From a virus (lineage: Duplodnaviria > Caudoviricetes), in the IMG/VR virus record IMGVR_UViG_3300028591_000098, positions 64,001 to 128,000 of that record: 64,000 nucleotides of DNA. One strand, given 5' to 3'. A program made the position numbers and the translations under genes. A model generated the notes under the pieces. The model made no database searches. It had not been told where the DNA came from and saw only the letters and a list, made by a program, of their open reading frames with translations. This document shows positions 1-8,018 of the stretch, in pieces. Each line of letters starts with the position of its first letter. Within the stretch, counting starts at the first letter, position 1.

Positions 1-273
1 AGCTGATTTATTTAAACTATCATAATTAAATCTTTTAAGGAATCCTGTTTTCTTTGGACTTGATACTTCATTTATTAAGAGATTTTTAACTCTTTTATGA
101 AAATTATTTCGACAAGAAAACCAATGTTCTTTCGATATTTTTACATGATCATCTTTATGCTTATCTATCTCGATAAGCTCATCGGCCTTTTCATCAGATA
201 TACAAACTCCTAAATTTTTACTATAAGAAAGTTCCCACTGATCATATCTACGTTTTACTACTATTACTTCCAT
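1..273 (-). CDS. hypothetical protein, partial (runs off the left edge)
   Basis: Own translation: ATG at 273, MEVIVVKRRYDQWELS..., open to position 1. Confidence 0.7.
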   Translation of the reverse strand, partial: MEVIVVKRRYDQWELSYSKNLGVCISDEKADELIEIDKHKDDHVKISKEHWFSCRNNFHKRVKNLLINEVSSPKKTGFLKRFNYDSLNKSA

Positions 274-274
274 A

Positions 275-412
275 TTATTTCTTTTCTTTTGCGAATTCTA
301 TTAATGTTTCTATTGCTTCTGTGTCCTTACTGGATAATACATGCCAATCAGGATATTCATAAAAAGCATCTAAAAATCCTTCTAATATATGTATTGCTTC
401 TTCTTTTGTCAT
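275..412 (-). CDS. 45-aa hypothetical protein (MTKEEAIHILE...)
   Basis: Own translation; ATGA overlap with the stop of 409..696; fills the gap in the operon. Confidence 0.7.
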   Translation of the reverse strand: MTKEEAIHILEGFLDAFYEYPDWHVLSSKDTEAIETLIEFAKEKK

Positions 413-696
413 ACTTTACTTTTTATATAAGGTAAATTCATACTACTAATATTTAATTTGGTATTTTCCAAAAGTTCTTCTTTTGAATATGGAAAACTCC
501 CAACATTATTAAGATATGTATCTATAATATCTTCATGACATCTCCTTGCTCCACCAGGTTCACCAGATGCATAATATCGATTATAAAAATCTTTAGCATC
601 AAATACACAAAACCAACCAACACCAAGAAGTCCTTCAGATATTAATGTAACATATACTTCTTTTGTATTATTAATATATTCGGTTTTAAGTACCAT
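409..696 (-). CDS. hypothetical protein
   Basis: ORF track; tight operon packing. Confidence 0.7.
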   Translation of the reverse strand: MVLKTEYINNTKEVYVTLISEGLLGVGWFCVFDAKDFYNRYYASGEPGGARRCHEDIIDTYLNNVGSFPYSKEELLENTKLNISSMNLPYIKSKV

Positions 697-698
697 AA

Positions 699-1082
699 CT
701 AATCTATTTTACCATAATAATTTTCATAATTATTTTTTGCCGTTTCAATACTATTTTTATTTCTTCTAAGTGCAGTAACTAATGACCACGAAATCATTGG
801 ATAAGAAGTAGGACCTTTGAAAATCTTATCTAACTTAACCCATAAATTTTCATCAGTTAAATTAATTCTTGTACTATTCTTATAAAAGTTATGTTCATCA
901 AAATTCTCTATACATACATAATAGTCATTATCCTTATCAAATAATGCCTGAATTATACAGTCTTCCAATTCATCTATATGATTAACATAATCCACATATT
1001 CAATAGTTGAACATCCCTTTCTAACAGCCTTATATATTTTTAACTTTTGGGGAAAATCACTTAAACGTCTTTTTACTTTCAT
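699..1082 (-). CDS. hypothetical protein; probable start MKVKRR at 1082 rather than TTG at 1124
   Basis: ORF track; the upstream 14 codons copy the 3' end of 275..412. Confidence 0.65.
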   Translation of the reverse strand: MKVKRRLSDFPQKLKIYKAVRKGCSTIEYVDYVNHIDELEDCIIQALFDKDNDYYVCIENFDEHNFYKNSTRINLTDENLWVKLDKIFKGPTSYPMISWSLVTALRRNKNSIETAKNNYENYYGKID

Positions 1083-1130
1083 ATTATTTTTTTTTTCTTT
1101 TGCAAATTCAATTAATATTTCCAATTTATG

Positions 1131-1538
1131 TTATTTCATTATTTTTTCTAATATTTCAAAATCATCATTCAAAAGAATTTTAGTACCTTCATCCATTCCA
1201 TAAATTCTAATATGACCGATGTCAATATGATTTATAAAATTGGTTGAATAATCATATATTATTACAATTTCATCTATCTTTCTTATAGTATAAAATATTG
1301 TTCCAATTTCTACATCTGCATTGGTAATATTATCAACAATAAAATCGTTTTCAATAATATCATTACATAAATCAAAAACATGGTGAAATGCTGAACTATT
1401 ATTATTTTCCCAAGAAATTGTTACATTTGTTTTATCTATAGAAATATTTCCACCAACATTAGAAATATAAAATTTCCAATTATTTTTAATATCATCCAAT
1501 TTCCAATCTGGTAAATTTTTAAGAACTATATATTTCAT
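1131..1538 (-). CDS. hypothetical protein
   Basis: ORF track; first gene after the promoter motif. Confidence 0.7.
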   Translation of the reverse strand: MKYIVLKNLPDWKLDDIKNNWKFYISNVGGNISIDKTNVTISWENNNSSAFHHVFDLCNDIIENDFIVDNITNADVEIGTIFYTIRKIDEIVIIYDYSTNFINHIDIGHIRIYGMDEGTKILLNDDFEILEKIMK

Positions 1539-1562
1539 ATTTATTATTTATTTTACATATTA

Positions 1563-1591
1563 AATATAGAAATAAATTCAAAAAATTCAAA
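1563..1591 (-). promoter_or_regulatory. candidate early promoter TTTGAA-N16-18-TATATT
   Basis: TTTGAAT-16 nt-TATATT; the motif recurs ahead of several accessory operons. Confidence 0.65.
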
Positions 1592-1624
1592 TATAATATG
1601 TATTTCTTACATATAATGTAATAT

Positions 1625-1653
1625 AAAAGAGCACCAAATTAATGATGCTCTTT
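1625..1653 (-). terminator. intrinsic terminator
   Basis: AAAGAGCA...TGCTCTTT inverted repeat just downstream of 1660..2484. Confidence 0.6.
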
Positions 1654-1659
1654 AATATT

Positions 1660-2484
1660 TCATACTTCTTTTAATATTGACATTAATTTATATTCTATGA
1701 AATCACCGAAATCATAATGATCAATAACTTTCTTTACTCGGCAAAGATATTTCTTTGTTTTATCGAAATTGATACAATGATCATAAATATTTAATTTCAA
1801 ATAATCATCACCTTTAAATTTAATGTTTCCTGGGTTACATAACAATTCTCCAGATACTTCAACTTCTTCACAATCAAGAAGACTATCAGTACCAATAATA
1901 ACAGCTACATCTTGCCAATTCTTACCGTGAATCCAAGCTTCTGTTTTTTCAAATTCATCATCAGCAATTTCTTGCTCTTTATAATCAGGAAAATATTCAT
2001 TTATTTTATTGATAATATCACAATGCATATCAGCAAATGTGAAACTTGGCTCATTATTAGGTCTATATTGCCCATCAGAATAATATGCTTCATGATAATA
2101 TAATGGCAAAACATTTTCATTTGGCCTTACTAAAAGCTCATTAAAATATTCACTTTCAACATTTGCAATAATATTTCTATAATGAAGAATGATAGCATCA
2201 TTCATATTTAATCCTTCATGATAATACCATTCATCACGTCTTATAATATTATTTACTTCCTGCCAGAAGTATGTTAAATTTAGTTGATTCTTATATGGAA
2301 AATTCTCATCTTCTCGAAGTGAATCCATGCGATGCATACACCAATCTACAACATCATTTTTAGACCACAATGACCACCCATCGGCATTAATACAATGTAT
2401 CATATCCATCCACATATTCTTAACACTACCATCACGATGTTTATACCATCCCTTACAATAAAGAGCTACATTTCCAAATCTCAT
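1660..2484 (-). CDS. hypothetical protein
   Basis: ORF track, 274 aa. Confidence 0.75.
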   Translation of the reverse strand: MRFGNVALYCKGWYKHRDGSVKNMWMDMIHCINADGWSLWSKNDVVDWCMHRMDSLREDENFPYKNQLNLTYFWQEVNNIIRRDEWYYHEGLNMNDAIILHYRNIIANVESEYFNELLVRPNENVLPLYYHEAYYSDGQYRPNNEPSFTFADMHCDIINKINEYFPDYKEQEIADDEFEKTEAWIHGKNWQDVAVIIGTDSLLDCEEVEVSGELLCNPGNIKFKGDDYLKLNIYDHCINFDKTKKYLCRVKKVIDHYDFGDFIEYKLMSILKEV

Positions 2485-2518
2485 ATTAAAAATTATTTTA
2501 TATTAAAAAATATGTTTA

Positions 2519-2761
2519 TTATTTTTTACACTTACTACATATTGGACTATGATCCAAATCAGAACCTATACCATAATAAGTTTGCCATCTATGAAATAAA
2601 AAATCATGTCCTTCAATTACAATCTTTTCATACTTTACATCTCTTATTGTAATATATTCAACTCCTTCATATTTAACATTAGAAACTTTTGATGGCACAC
2701 TACTATTATCACAAGAAGTAAAAATCAATGTTCCAATAACAAACAAAAGTAATTTTTTCAT
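2519..2761 (-). CDS. small lipoprotein
   Basis: From the internal ATG: MKKLLLFVIGTLIFTSC|D, a signal peptide II with lipobox. Confidence 0.7.
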   Translation of the reverse strand: MKKLLLFVIGTLIFTSCDNSSVPSKVSNVKYEGVEYITIRDVKYEKIVIEGHDFLFHRWQTYYGIGSDLDHSPICSKCKK

Positions 2762-2762
2762 A

Positions 2763-3095
2763 TTAAATTTCATTTTTAAATTGTTCATACATATCTTCAT
2801 CCATTAAAAGAATAACATCGGCTACAAGCTTTTCATTCTTAAAGAAGTTATTAATATTTTCAACAGTTTCTGGTGTAGCTGAACCTTCATAAAGATAATC
2901 ACTAGAATCAATTCGTTGTATAATTCCGGCGAGATTTGTTTCTCCATTATGAAAATATTCAAAAATCATATCTCGAAGATATTCTTTACGCTCTTCAAAA
3001 GTTGAAGAAGCAACCTCCCAAAAATCAAAACAATCTTCGTTTATCAATTCTCCAAGAATTTGAAATGCTTTATTAAGTGATTCTGTACTTGTCAT
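2763..3095 (-). CDS. hypothetical protein
   Basis: ORF track. Confidence 0.7.
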   Translation of the reverse strand: MTSTESLNKAFQILGELINEDCFDFWEVASSTFEERKEYLRDMIFEYFHNGETNLAGIIQRIDSSDYLYEGSATPETVENINNFFKNEKLVADVILLMDEDMYEQFKNEI

Positions 3096-3214
3096 ATTAT
3101 TTATTTTATATATATAATGAAATTTCTTTGTTTAAACAAATCATTTCATAATGATTATGTTTTACAAATATATACATCTTTATGATGTAAATTTATATAT
3201 TAAAATACATATAT

Positions 3215-3243
3215 AATATAGAAATTCTTGTAAAAAATTCAAA
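3215..3243 (-). promoter_or_regulatory. candidate early promoter
   Basis: TTTGAAT-16 nt-TATATT. Confidence 0.6.
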
Positions 3244-3292
3244 CTATATTTAAAAAATTATAGGAATAATATAAAACAAATAAAATATGAAA

Positions 3293-3469
3293 TTATTTAT
3301 TTAATGCCACATAAATAAAACAAAATATGGTCCAAACTAATGAAGGTAAAAAAAACGTAAAAAATTTCAAATCATAACCATTTTTACCTAAATGATAACC
3401 ACAAATTATTGATACACCTAACATTGAAATAAATGTAAGTATAAAACAAACTAAATAAAACTTATTCAT
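3293..3469 (-). CDS. 58-aa membrane protein with two hydrophobic helices
   Basis: Own translation MNKFYLVCFILTFISMLGVSIICGYHLGKNGYDLKFFTFFLPSLVWTIFCFIYVALNK; starts 1 nt after the upstream stop. Confidence 0.65.
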   Translation of the reverse strand: MNKFYLVCFILTFISMLGVSIICGYHLGKNGYDLKFFTFFLPSLVWTIFCFIYVALNK

Positions 3470-3470
3470 A

Positions 3471-3812
3471 TTATCTATTTTTTGATTTTAAATATTTTCC
3501 AAACTTACGATTCCAAAAATTTTCAGATGTACCGGCAGATTTACGACCAAAATATGGATCATTAACATAAAAATCTTTATCTTCTTTCTTAATCAAATAT
3601 GTACCATCAGTTGGTTCACACAAAGAATTATGAATTGGTACTTCAGCAACTGGAATAAGATCTGCAACAGTATCAATATCATTATTTGCTATAAGGTTAC
3701 GAAGTGAATGACGATTCTTTGCACGGCATTTACGATTCATATTGCGATAATACTCAGTATTAGAACCAGTACAAATTCCGCACTTTACAGCTTTACGATA
3801 AGTTCTTGACAT
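3471..3812 (-). CDS. basic hypothetical protein
   Basis: ORF track; R/K-rich N-terminus. Confidence 0.7.
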   Translation of the reverse strand: MSRTYRKAVKCGICTGSNTEYYRNMNRKCRAKNRHSLRNLIANNDIDTVADLIPVAEVPIHNSLCEPTDGTYLIKKEDKDFYVNDPYFGRKSAGTSENFWNRKFGKYLKSKNR

Positions 3813-3817
3813 ATTAT

Positions 3818-3958
3818 TTATGCTTTAATTTTATTAGTGTATATTCGAAATCCATCTTGTAATATCAAAACAAATTGATGAAATGGAGAAGTAATTATTC
3901 GTTTAACACAACTATCATCAATAGTCATATAATTACCATATTGTGAAATATATTGCAT
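3818..3958 (-). CDS. 46-aa hypothetical protein
   Basis: Own translation MQYISQYGNY...; fills the operon gap. Confidence 0.5.
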   Translation of the reverse strand: MQYISQYGNYMTIDDSCVKRIITSPFHQFVLILQDGFRIYTNKIKA

Positions 3959-3960
3959 AA

Positions 3961-4239
3961 TTATTTATTCATTAATTTAAGAAGTTTCTTTTTAACAATT
4001 GGCTGATCTATCTTTTCACGAAAGACAAGTGAAACAACCTTATCAATATCTTCACCATTTTCAACAGCATCAATCATTGCATCGATATAATCATCAAATC
4101 TATCAAAGTCATATTTCATTGAGCCATCTTCAAAAAATATGAAATTCTTACATCTTTCTTTAATACGTTTACCATATTTGGCATCCATATATTCTTCCCA
4201 AGTATTATAAAAACTTCTTGCTGTATACATATTATTCAT
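3961..4239 (-). CDS. hypothetical protein
   Basis: ORF track. Confidence 0.7.
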   Translation of the reverse strand: MNNMYTARSFYNTWEEYMDAKYGKRIKERCKNFIFFEDGSMKYDFDRFDDYIDAMIDAVENGEDIDKVVSLVFREKIDQPIVKKKLLKLMNK

Positions 4240-4255
4240 ATTTATTTACATATAC

Positions 4256-4284
4256 AATATAGAAACAAATATGAAAAATTCAAA
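4256..4284 (-). promoter_or_regulatory. candidate early promoter
   Basis: TTTGAAT-16 nt-TATATT, 17 nt upstream of 4239. Confidence 0.65.
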
Positions 4285-4365
4285 TATAATTTAATTTTCT
4301 AAAGAAAATAAATGAATTTAGAATATAATTTAATTTTGTCAAATTAAATAATAAATAATATAAAA

Positions 4366-5646
4366 TTATTTTGCCCAATCAGGAATATATACATCTTCAC
4401 ACATTTCTAATAGGTGAAGTTTTTCATATACATGTGCAGTTTCATATGGATCTCCTTTAATCCATTTAGAATCATCTAATCCCAATTCTTCTAATCTATT
4501 ATGTATATCTTCATCATAAAATATTGAAGCTAATCTAACTCTTCTTTGAATATCGGAAATATTTCCTTGTCCATCTGAATCTGGAATTTCATTTTTATAT
4601 TGTGAATTATTACCATCAAATCGTTGAGCATAACAACAAATATGTATATGTGTAAATCGTGTTTTAAAAAATGTCCTAATTAATAATTCATAATCATCTG
4701 CTATACGCATATGTTGATTATGTCCTCCAATACTAAAATAAAGATTACGTTCCCAACATCTAAAATGATTAGGTACTCCAACGATATGTCTTATGGTTGC
4801 GTTGTTTATTGGACCTGATGAATCAGTTCTAATTGTTGTATTATCTGGTGTTTTTGATTGATAAGAATATCCATATCCTAATCCCCATGTATAATCTGGA
4901 CCAAATGCACATTCAGTAACATTATCATATTGATCTATTGTTGTATTATCTGAATATATAAATTTATTTTCTGGATATGCTTCAATTGCTTCATTAATTA
5001 CTTCTAAACACCAATAATTTAACATATCGTCATGATCTAATTCTATTAACCATCTTCCTTTAGACATACAACTAGCTCTCCATTTGGTTAGTCCTATATT
5101 TCCATTGGTTGGTTCAATTCTAAAATATTTTAATCTTACATCATATTGTTTATATATATAATTTCTAACATTAGTTAATTCTTCTGGGGAATCATCTAAT
5201 AATATCCATTCCCAATCATTAACTCTTTGATTACATAATGAATCATAACATTTTTTAAAATATTCTAAATTAGTATTATATAAAGATGTTATAAAAGAAA
5301 ATTTAGGAGTATTTGAATAAGATAATATTGATTTATTTATTTTTAAAGCCAAATCAATTCCATAATTATTATTTGCATCATAATAGTAAACTATTCTTTT
5401 ATAATAATCTGGAAGTAAATCAATATTATGTAATTCAGGTTTTTTGTTTTCAAATTGGACTACTATTGCATCCACTTCATTGTTATTTAATATAATATTT
5501 ATCAAATTATCATCATTTGGTATATTTATTATATCAAAATTTCTTTTTTCAAAACTATAATAAGTATCAAATGTTAATGTTATATTTTCATTATCTGTTA
5601 TTCTTATAACTTTATATGATGAATTTTTCGTAAAATTTATCTTCAT
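4366..5646 (-). CDS. glycosyltransferase family 2
   Basis: FSFITSLYNT, WEWILLDDSP, ELDHDD (DxD) and ADDYEL motifs of the GT-A fold. Confidence 0.85.
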   Translation of the reverse strand: MKINFTKNSSYKVIRITDNENITLTFDTYYSFEKRNFDIINIPNDDNLINIILNNNEVDAIVVQFENKKPELHNIDLLPDYYKRIVYYYDANNNYGIDLALKINKSILSYSNTPKFSFITSLYNTNLEYFKKCYDSLCNQRVNDWEWILLDDSPEELTNVRNYIYKQYDVRLKYFRIEPTNGNIGLTKWRASCMSKGRWLIELDHDDMLNYWCLEVINEAIEAYPENKFIYSDNTTIDQYDNVTECAFGPDYTWGLGYGYSYQSKTPDNTTIRTDSSGPINNATIRHIVGVPNHFRCWERNLYFSIGGHNQHMRIADDYELLIRTFFKTRFTHIHICCYAQRFDGNNSQYKNEIPDSDGQGNISDIQRRVRLASIFYDEDIHNRLEELGLDDSKWIKGDPYETAHVYEKLHLLEMCEDVYIPDWAK

Positions 5647-5648
5647 TA

Positions 5649-6983
5649 TTACTTATTTACTGCGTTTATTTCTGAAATTGAATTTATAATTAATTGTGGT
5701 GTTCCAATAAATTTATTTAATGTTAAACAATTAGTATATGACATAGCTGAACGTAAATAACTAATCATATTATCTACCCAACATTTAAGTGTATATTTTA
5801 CTGGTAAATATTTTGTAATTCCTTCAGCTGTCTTTGTTTTTGTACCATTTATAGATTTTTGACCATCGGCAGAAGCCATACCAAAGAATTTTACTTTTAT
5901 ATTTCCAAGATATTGTTGTTGTTTTAAATTTGCATACTTAACTATATAGTTTAATTTATTTAATTTATATTGATAGTTATTATTAAAATCTGTATCGAAA
6001 TATTCAGAATTTACTGTCATAAATTTTTCGTATTCATTTTTCTCATCTTTACATAACATATCTATATAATCATTTTTATATTGCGCATACCATTTATTAT
6101 CAATTATTTCAAAATTTTCATAATTATTCAAATCAATATCTTGAACTTCATTATTATCATTCTTTAATATTTTTTCACCTGCAGATTCTATACATTGTGA
6201 AAATAAACTACCAATCATAACATAATCTGCACCAAGAGCAAATGCTTTAATTACATGATCATAATTACGTATGCCACCATCAGCAACAATTTTTGGAAAT
6301 AATGATTCAACAAATTCTGGTTCACCTAAATTGTCTCGTAATGTTATTGCATTTTTCTTTTCTTTATAACATTCATCAATAAGAGATGCTTGTGGGTAAT
6401 GAATTGACACATTAGATGTAGTAATGCATCCAGAACCACCACCTATACCAACTCTTATATAGTCAATAACTCTACTCTTTGCCAAATAATTTAAATCACA
6501 AATCCATCTATATGTCTTAGGATTAGCAATATTTCCAGTCATTATAATTAATTTATATTTATTGGCAATTGCATTTTTCTTTGCATTATGACATATATCA
6601 TATAATGATTTCATATGTCCATTTGCAATATCGATACAAATATTATATGTGATATGTTTTTTTCTTTCATTTGCATTATCTATAAATAAATCAATAAATT
6701 CTTTCAATGATAACGCTACCCAAGCGTCATCTATTAACATTTCTTCTTTACGTATTTCTAAATCTATATTTCTTGGTAATATTGGTATAATTCCATTATG
6801 TAAAAAATCTACTATATTTTTATCATTAACTACACTTGCCATAGGTGCAGTAAATATTGGTAAAAATGAATCTGTATCTTCTAAAAATGGATCACATTCT
6901 AAACGTGAATTTATTGTAGTTATAGATTCCGGTATAATTGTTACGTCATTATATGAATAACCTGTTTTATTAATTAATCCCAT
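5649..6983 (-). CDS. guaC: GMP reductase / IMPDH-family protein with an insertion of about 90 aa
   Basis: YNDVTIIP, PIFTAPM, DIANGH, GIGGGSGCITT catalytic loop, ADGGI, GADYVMIGS, FFGMAS, AEG, LRSAMSY; no CBS domains. Confidence 0.8.
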   Translation of the reverse strand: MGLINKTGYSYNDVTIIPESITTINSRLECDPFLEDTDSFLPIFTAPMASVVNDKNIVDFLHNGIIPILPRNIDLEIRKEEMLIDDAWVALSLKEFIDLFIDNANERKKHITYNICIDIANGHMKSLYDICHNAKKNAIANKYKLIIMTGNIANPKTYRWICDLNYLAKSRVIDYIRVGIGGGSGCITTSNVSIHYPQASLIDECYKEKKNAITLRDNLGEPEFVESLFPKIVADGGIRNYDHVIKAFALGADYVMIGSLFSQCIESAGEKILKNDNNEVQDIDLNNYENFEIIDNKWYAQYKNDYIDMLCKDEKNEYEKFMTVNSEYFDTDFNNNYQYKLNKLNYIVKYANLKQQQYLGNIKVKFFGMASADGQKSINGTKTKTAEGITKYLPVKYTLKCWVDNMISYLRSAMSYTNCLTLNKFIGTPQLIINSISEINAVNK

Positions 6984-7021
6984 AAATATATTGATATATT
7001 TTTAAACTATTTTAACAATAT

Positions 7022-7051
7022 TAAATAGAAATAATACAATGGTTAATTCAA
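7022..7051 (-). promoter_or_regulatory. candidate early promoter (variant)
   Basis: TTGAAT-18 nt-TATTTA upstream of guaC. Confidence 0.45.
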
Positions 7052-7064
7052 TTTAACATAGAGA

Positions 7065-7132
7065 CACACGGTGTCACTTATAAACGTCATATATAGATTT
7101 ATATATTTTTGATTTATAAGTGACACCGTGTG
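7065..7132. repeat. perfect 20-bp inverted repeat with 28-bp spacer
   Basis: CACACGGTGTCACTTATAAA (7065-7084) and TTTATAAGTGACACCGTGTG (7113-7132). Confidence 0.95.
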
Positions 7133-7153
7133 CATTCTAGATATTAAAAAATG

Positions 7154-7804
7154 TTAAATATCTTCTACATCAACAATATCTTTTGAATTATCTTCTATAT
7201 TAATAAATTGAAAATCAAAATTTTGATATTTAAATTCTACCTGAAATGTTTCTGATTGTGCAACTGGTTGTGTAAAATTAAAGCTTAACATATCCATAGA
7301 ATTGATTAAAGGTTTCATTAACACAATTCTTGAATAAAATGAACCTTTTTCATTAAATATATCTACATTAAAATCATAATGTATATCTGCATAAGTTCTA
7401 TCTCTAGTATATTGATACCAAAAATTTTCAAACAATAAGAAATAATTCAAATAACCGAGTGTATGTCTAAAATGAATATTTATAGTTCTATCAATTAAGT
7501 CAATAGGAGATTTTTCTGATCTATAATAATGATCAGTTTCTGGAAACATAAATTTATTTTCATTTATTCTTTTTGAATCTATCATTGGTTCACCACTGGA
7601 TGATTGTCTTTGAATAGTAGTACCATTATTAAAACCTAATACTTCTACACTTTGTATTGATTCATTTAAAAAATCAATAGGTGTATAATAAAAAGAATGT
7701 TTAGAACGAATTATATTTGTATACTTTTCTTCTATTTCTTTACATATAAATTCTTTTGGTAATAATAATCTAAACGCATCCTGTCTTCCTTTTAATGCAA
7801 ACAT
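7154..7804 (-). CDS. tail tube / tube-initiator-like protein (T4 gp19/gp54-like fold)
   Basis: C-terminal pattern ...VLMKPLINSMDMLSFNF...ETFQVEFKY resembles tail-tube proteins; lies downstream of the tape-measure-like gene. Confidence 0.55.
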   Translation of the reverse strand: MFALKGRQDAFRLLLPKEFICKEIEEKYTNIIRSKHSFYYTPIDFLNESIQSVEVLGFNNGTTIQRQSSSGEPMIDSKRINENKFMFPETDHYYRSEKSPIDLIDRTINIHFRHTLGYLNYFLLFENFWYQYTRDRTYADIHYDFNVDIFNEKGSFYSRIVLMKPLINSMDMLSFNFTQPVAQSETFQVEFKYQNFDFQFINIEDNSKDIVDVEDI

Positions 7805-7822
7805 GTTAATATTTAAATATAT

Positions 7823-7999
7823 TTAAACAATTGTACAAACTCTGGTTATTAATTTGTTTGTTGGTATTTTTTCCATTTCACCTGTTATTGGATGTTTTTT
7901 ATAAATATAATCTTGTTTTAATACTTCTACTAATGTTTCTTTATTAATAGGAATATTGTTTATTCTTTTTGAATTATAATAAATATCATACGCCTTCAT
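7823..7999 (-). CDS. 58-aa hypothetical protein
   Basis: Own translation MKAYDIYYNSKRINNIPINKE...; fills the gap between two tail genes. Confidence 0.65.
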   Translation of the reverse strand: MKAYDIYYNSKRINNIPINKETLVEVLKQDYIYKKHPITGEMEKIPTNKLITRVCTIV

Positions 8000-8018
8000 A
8001 TATTATCTTAATATTAAT

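Noticed and set aside
5900-6170. Intein in the GMP reductase (likewise the dUTPase insert)
   Set aside because: No N-terminal Cys/Ser block, no His-Asn junction and no homing endonuclease motifs.
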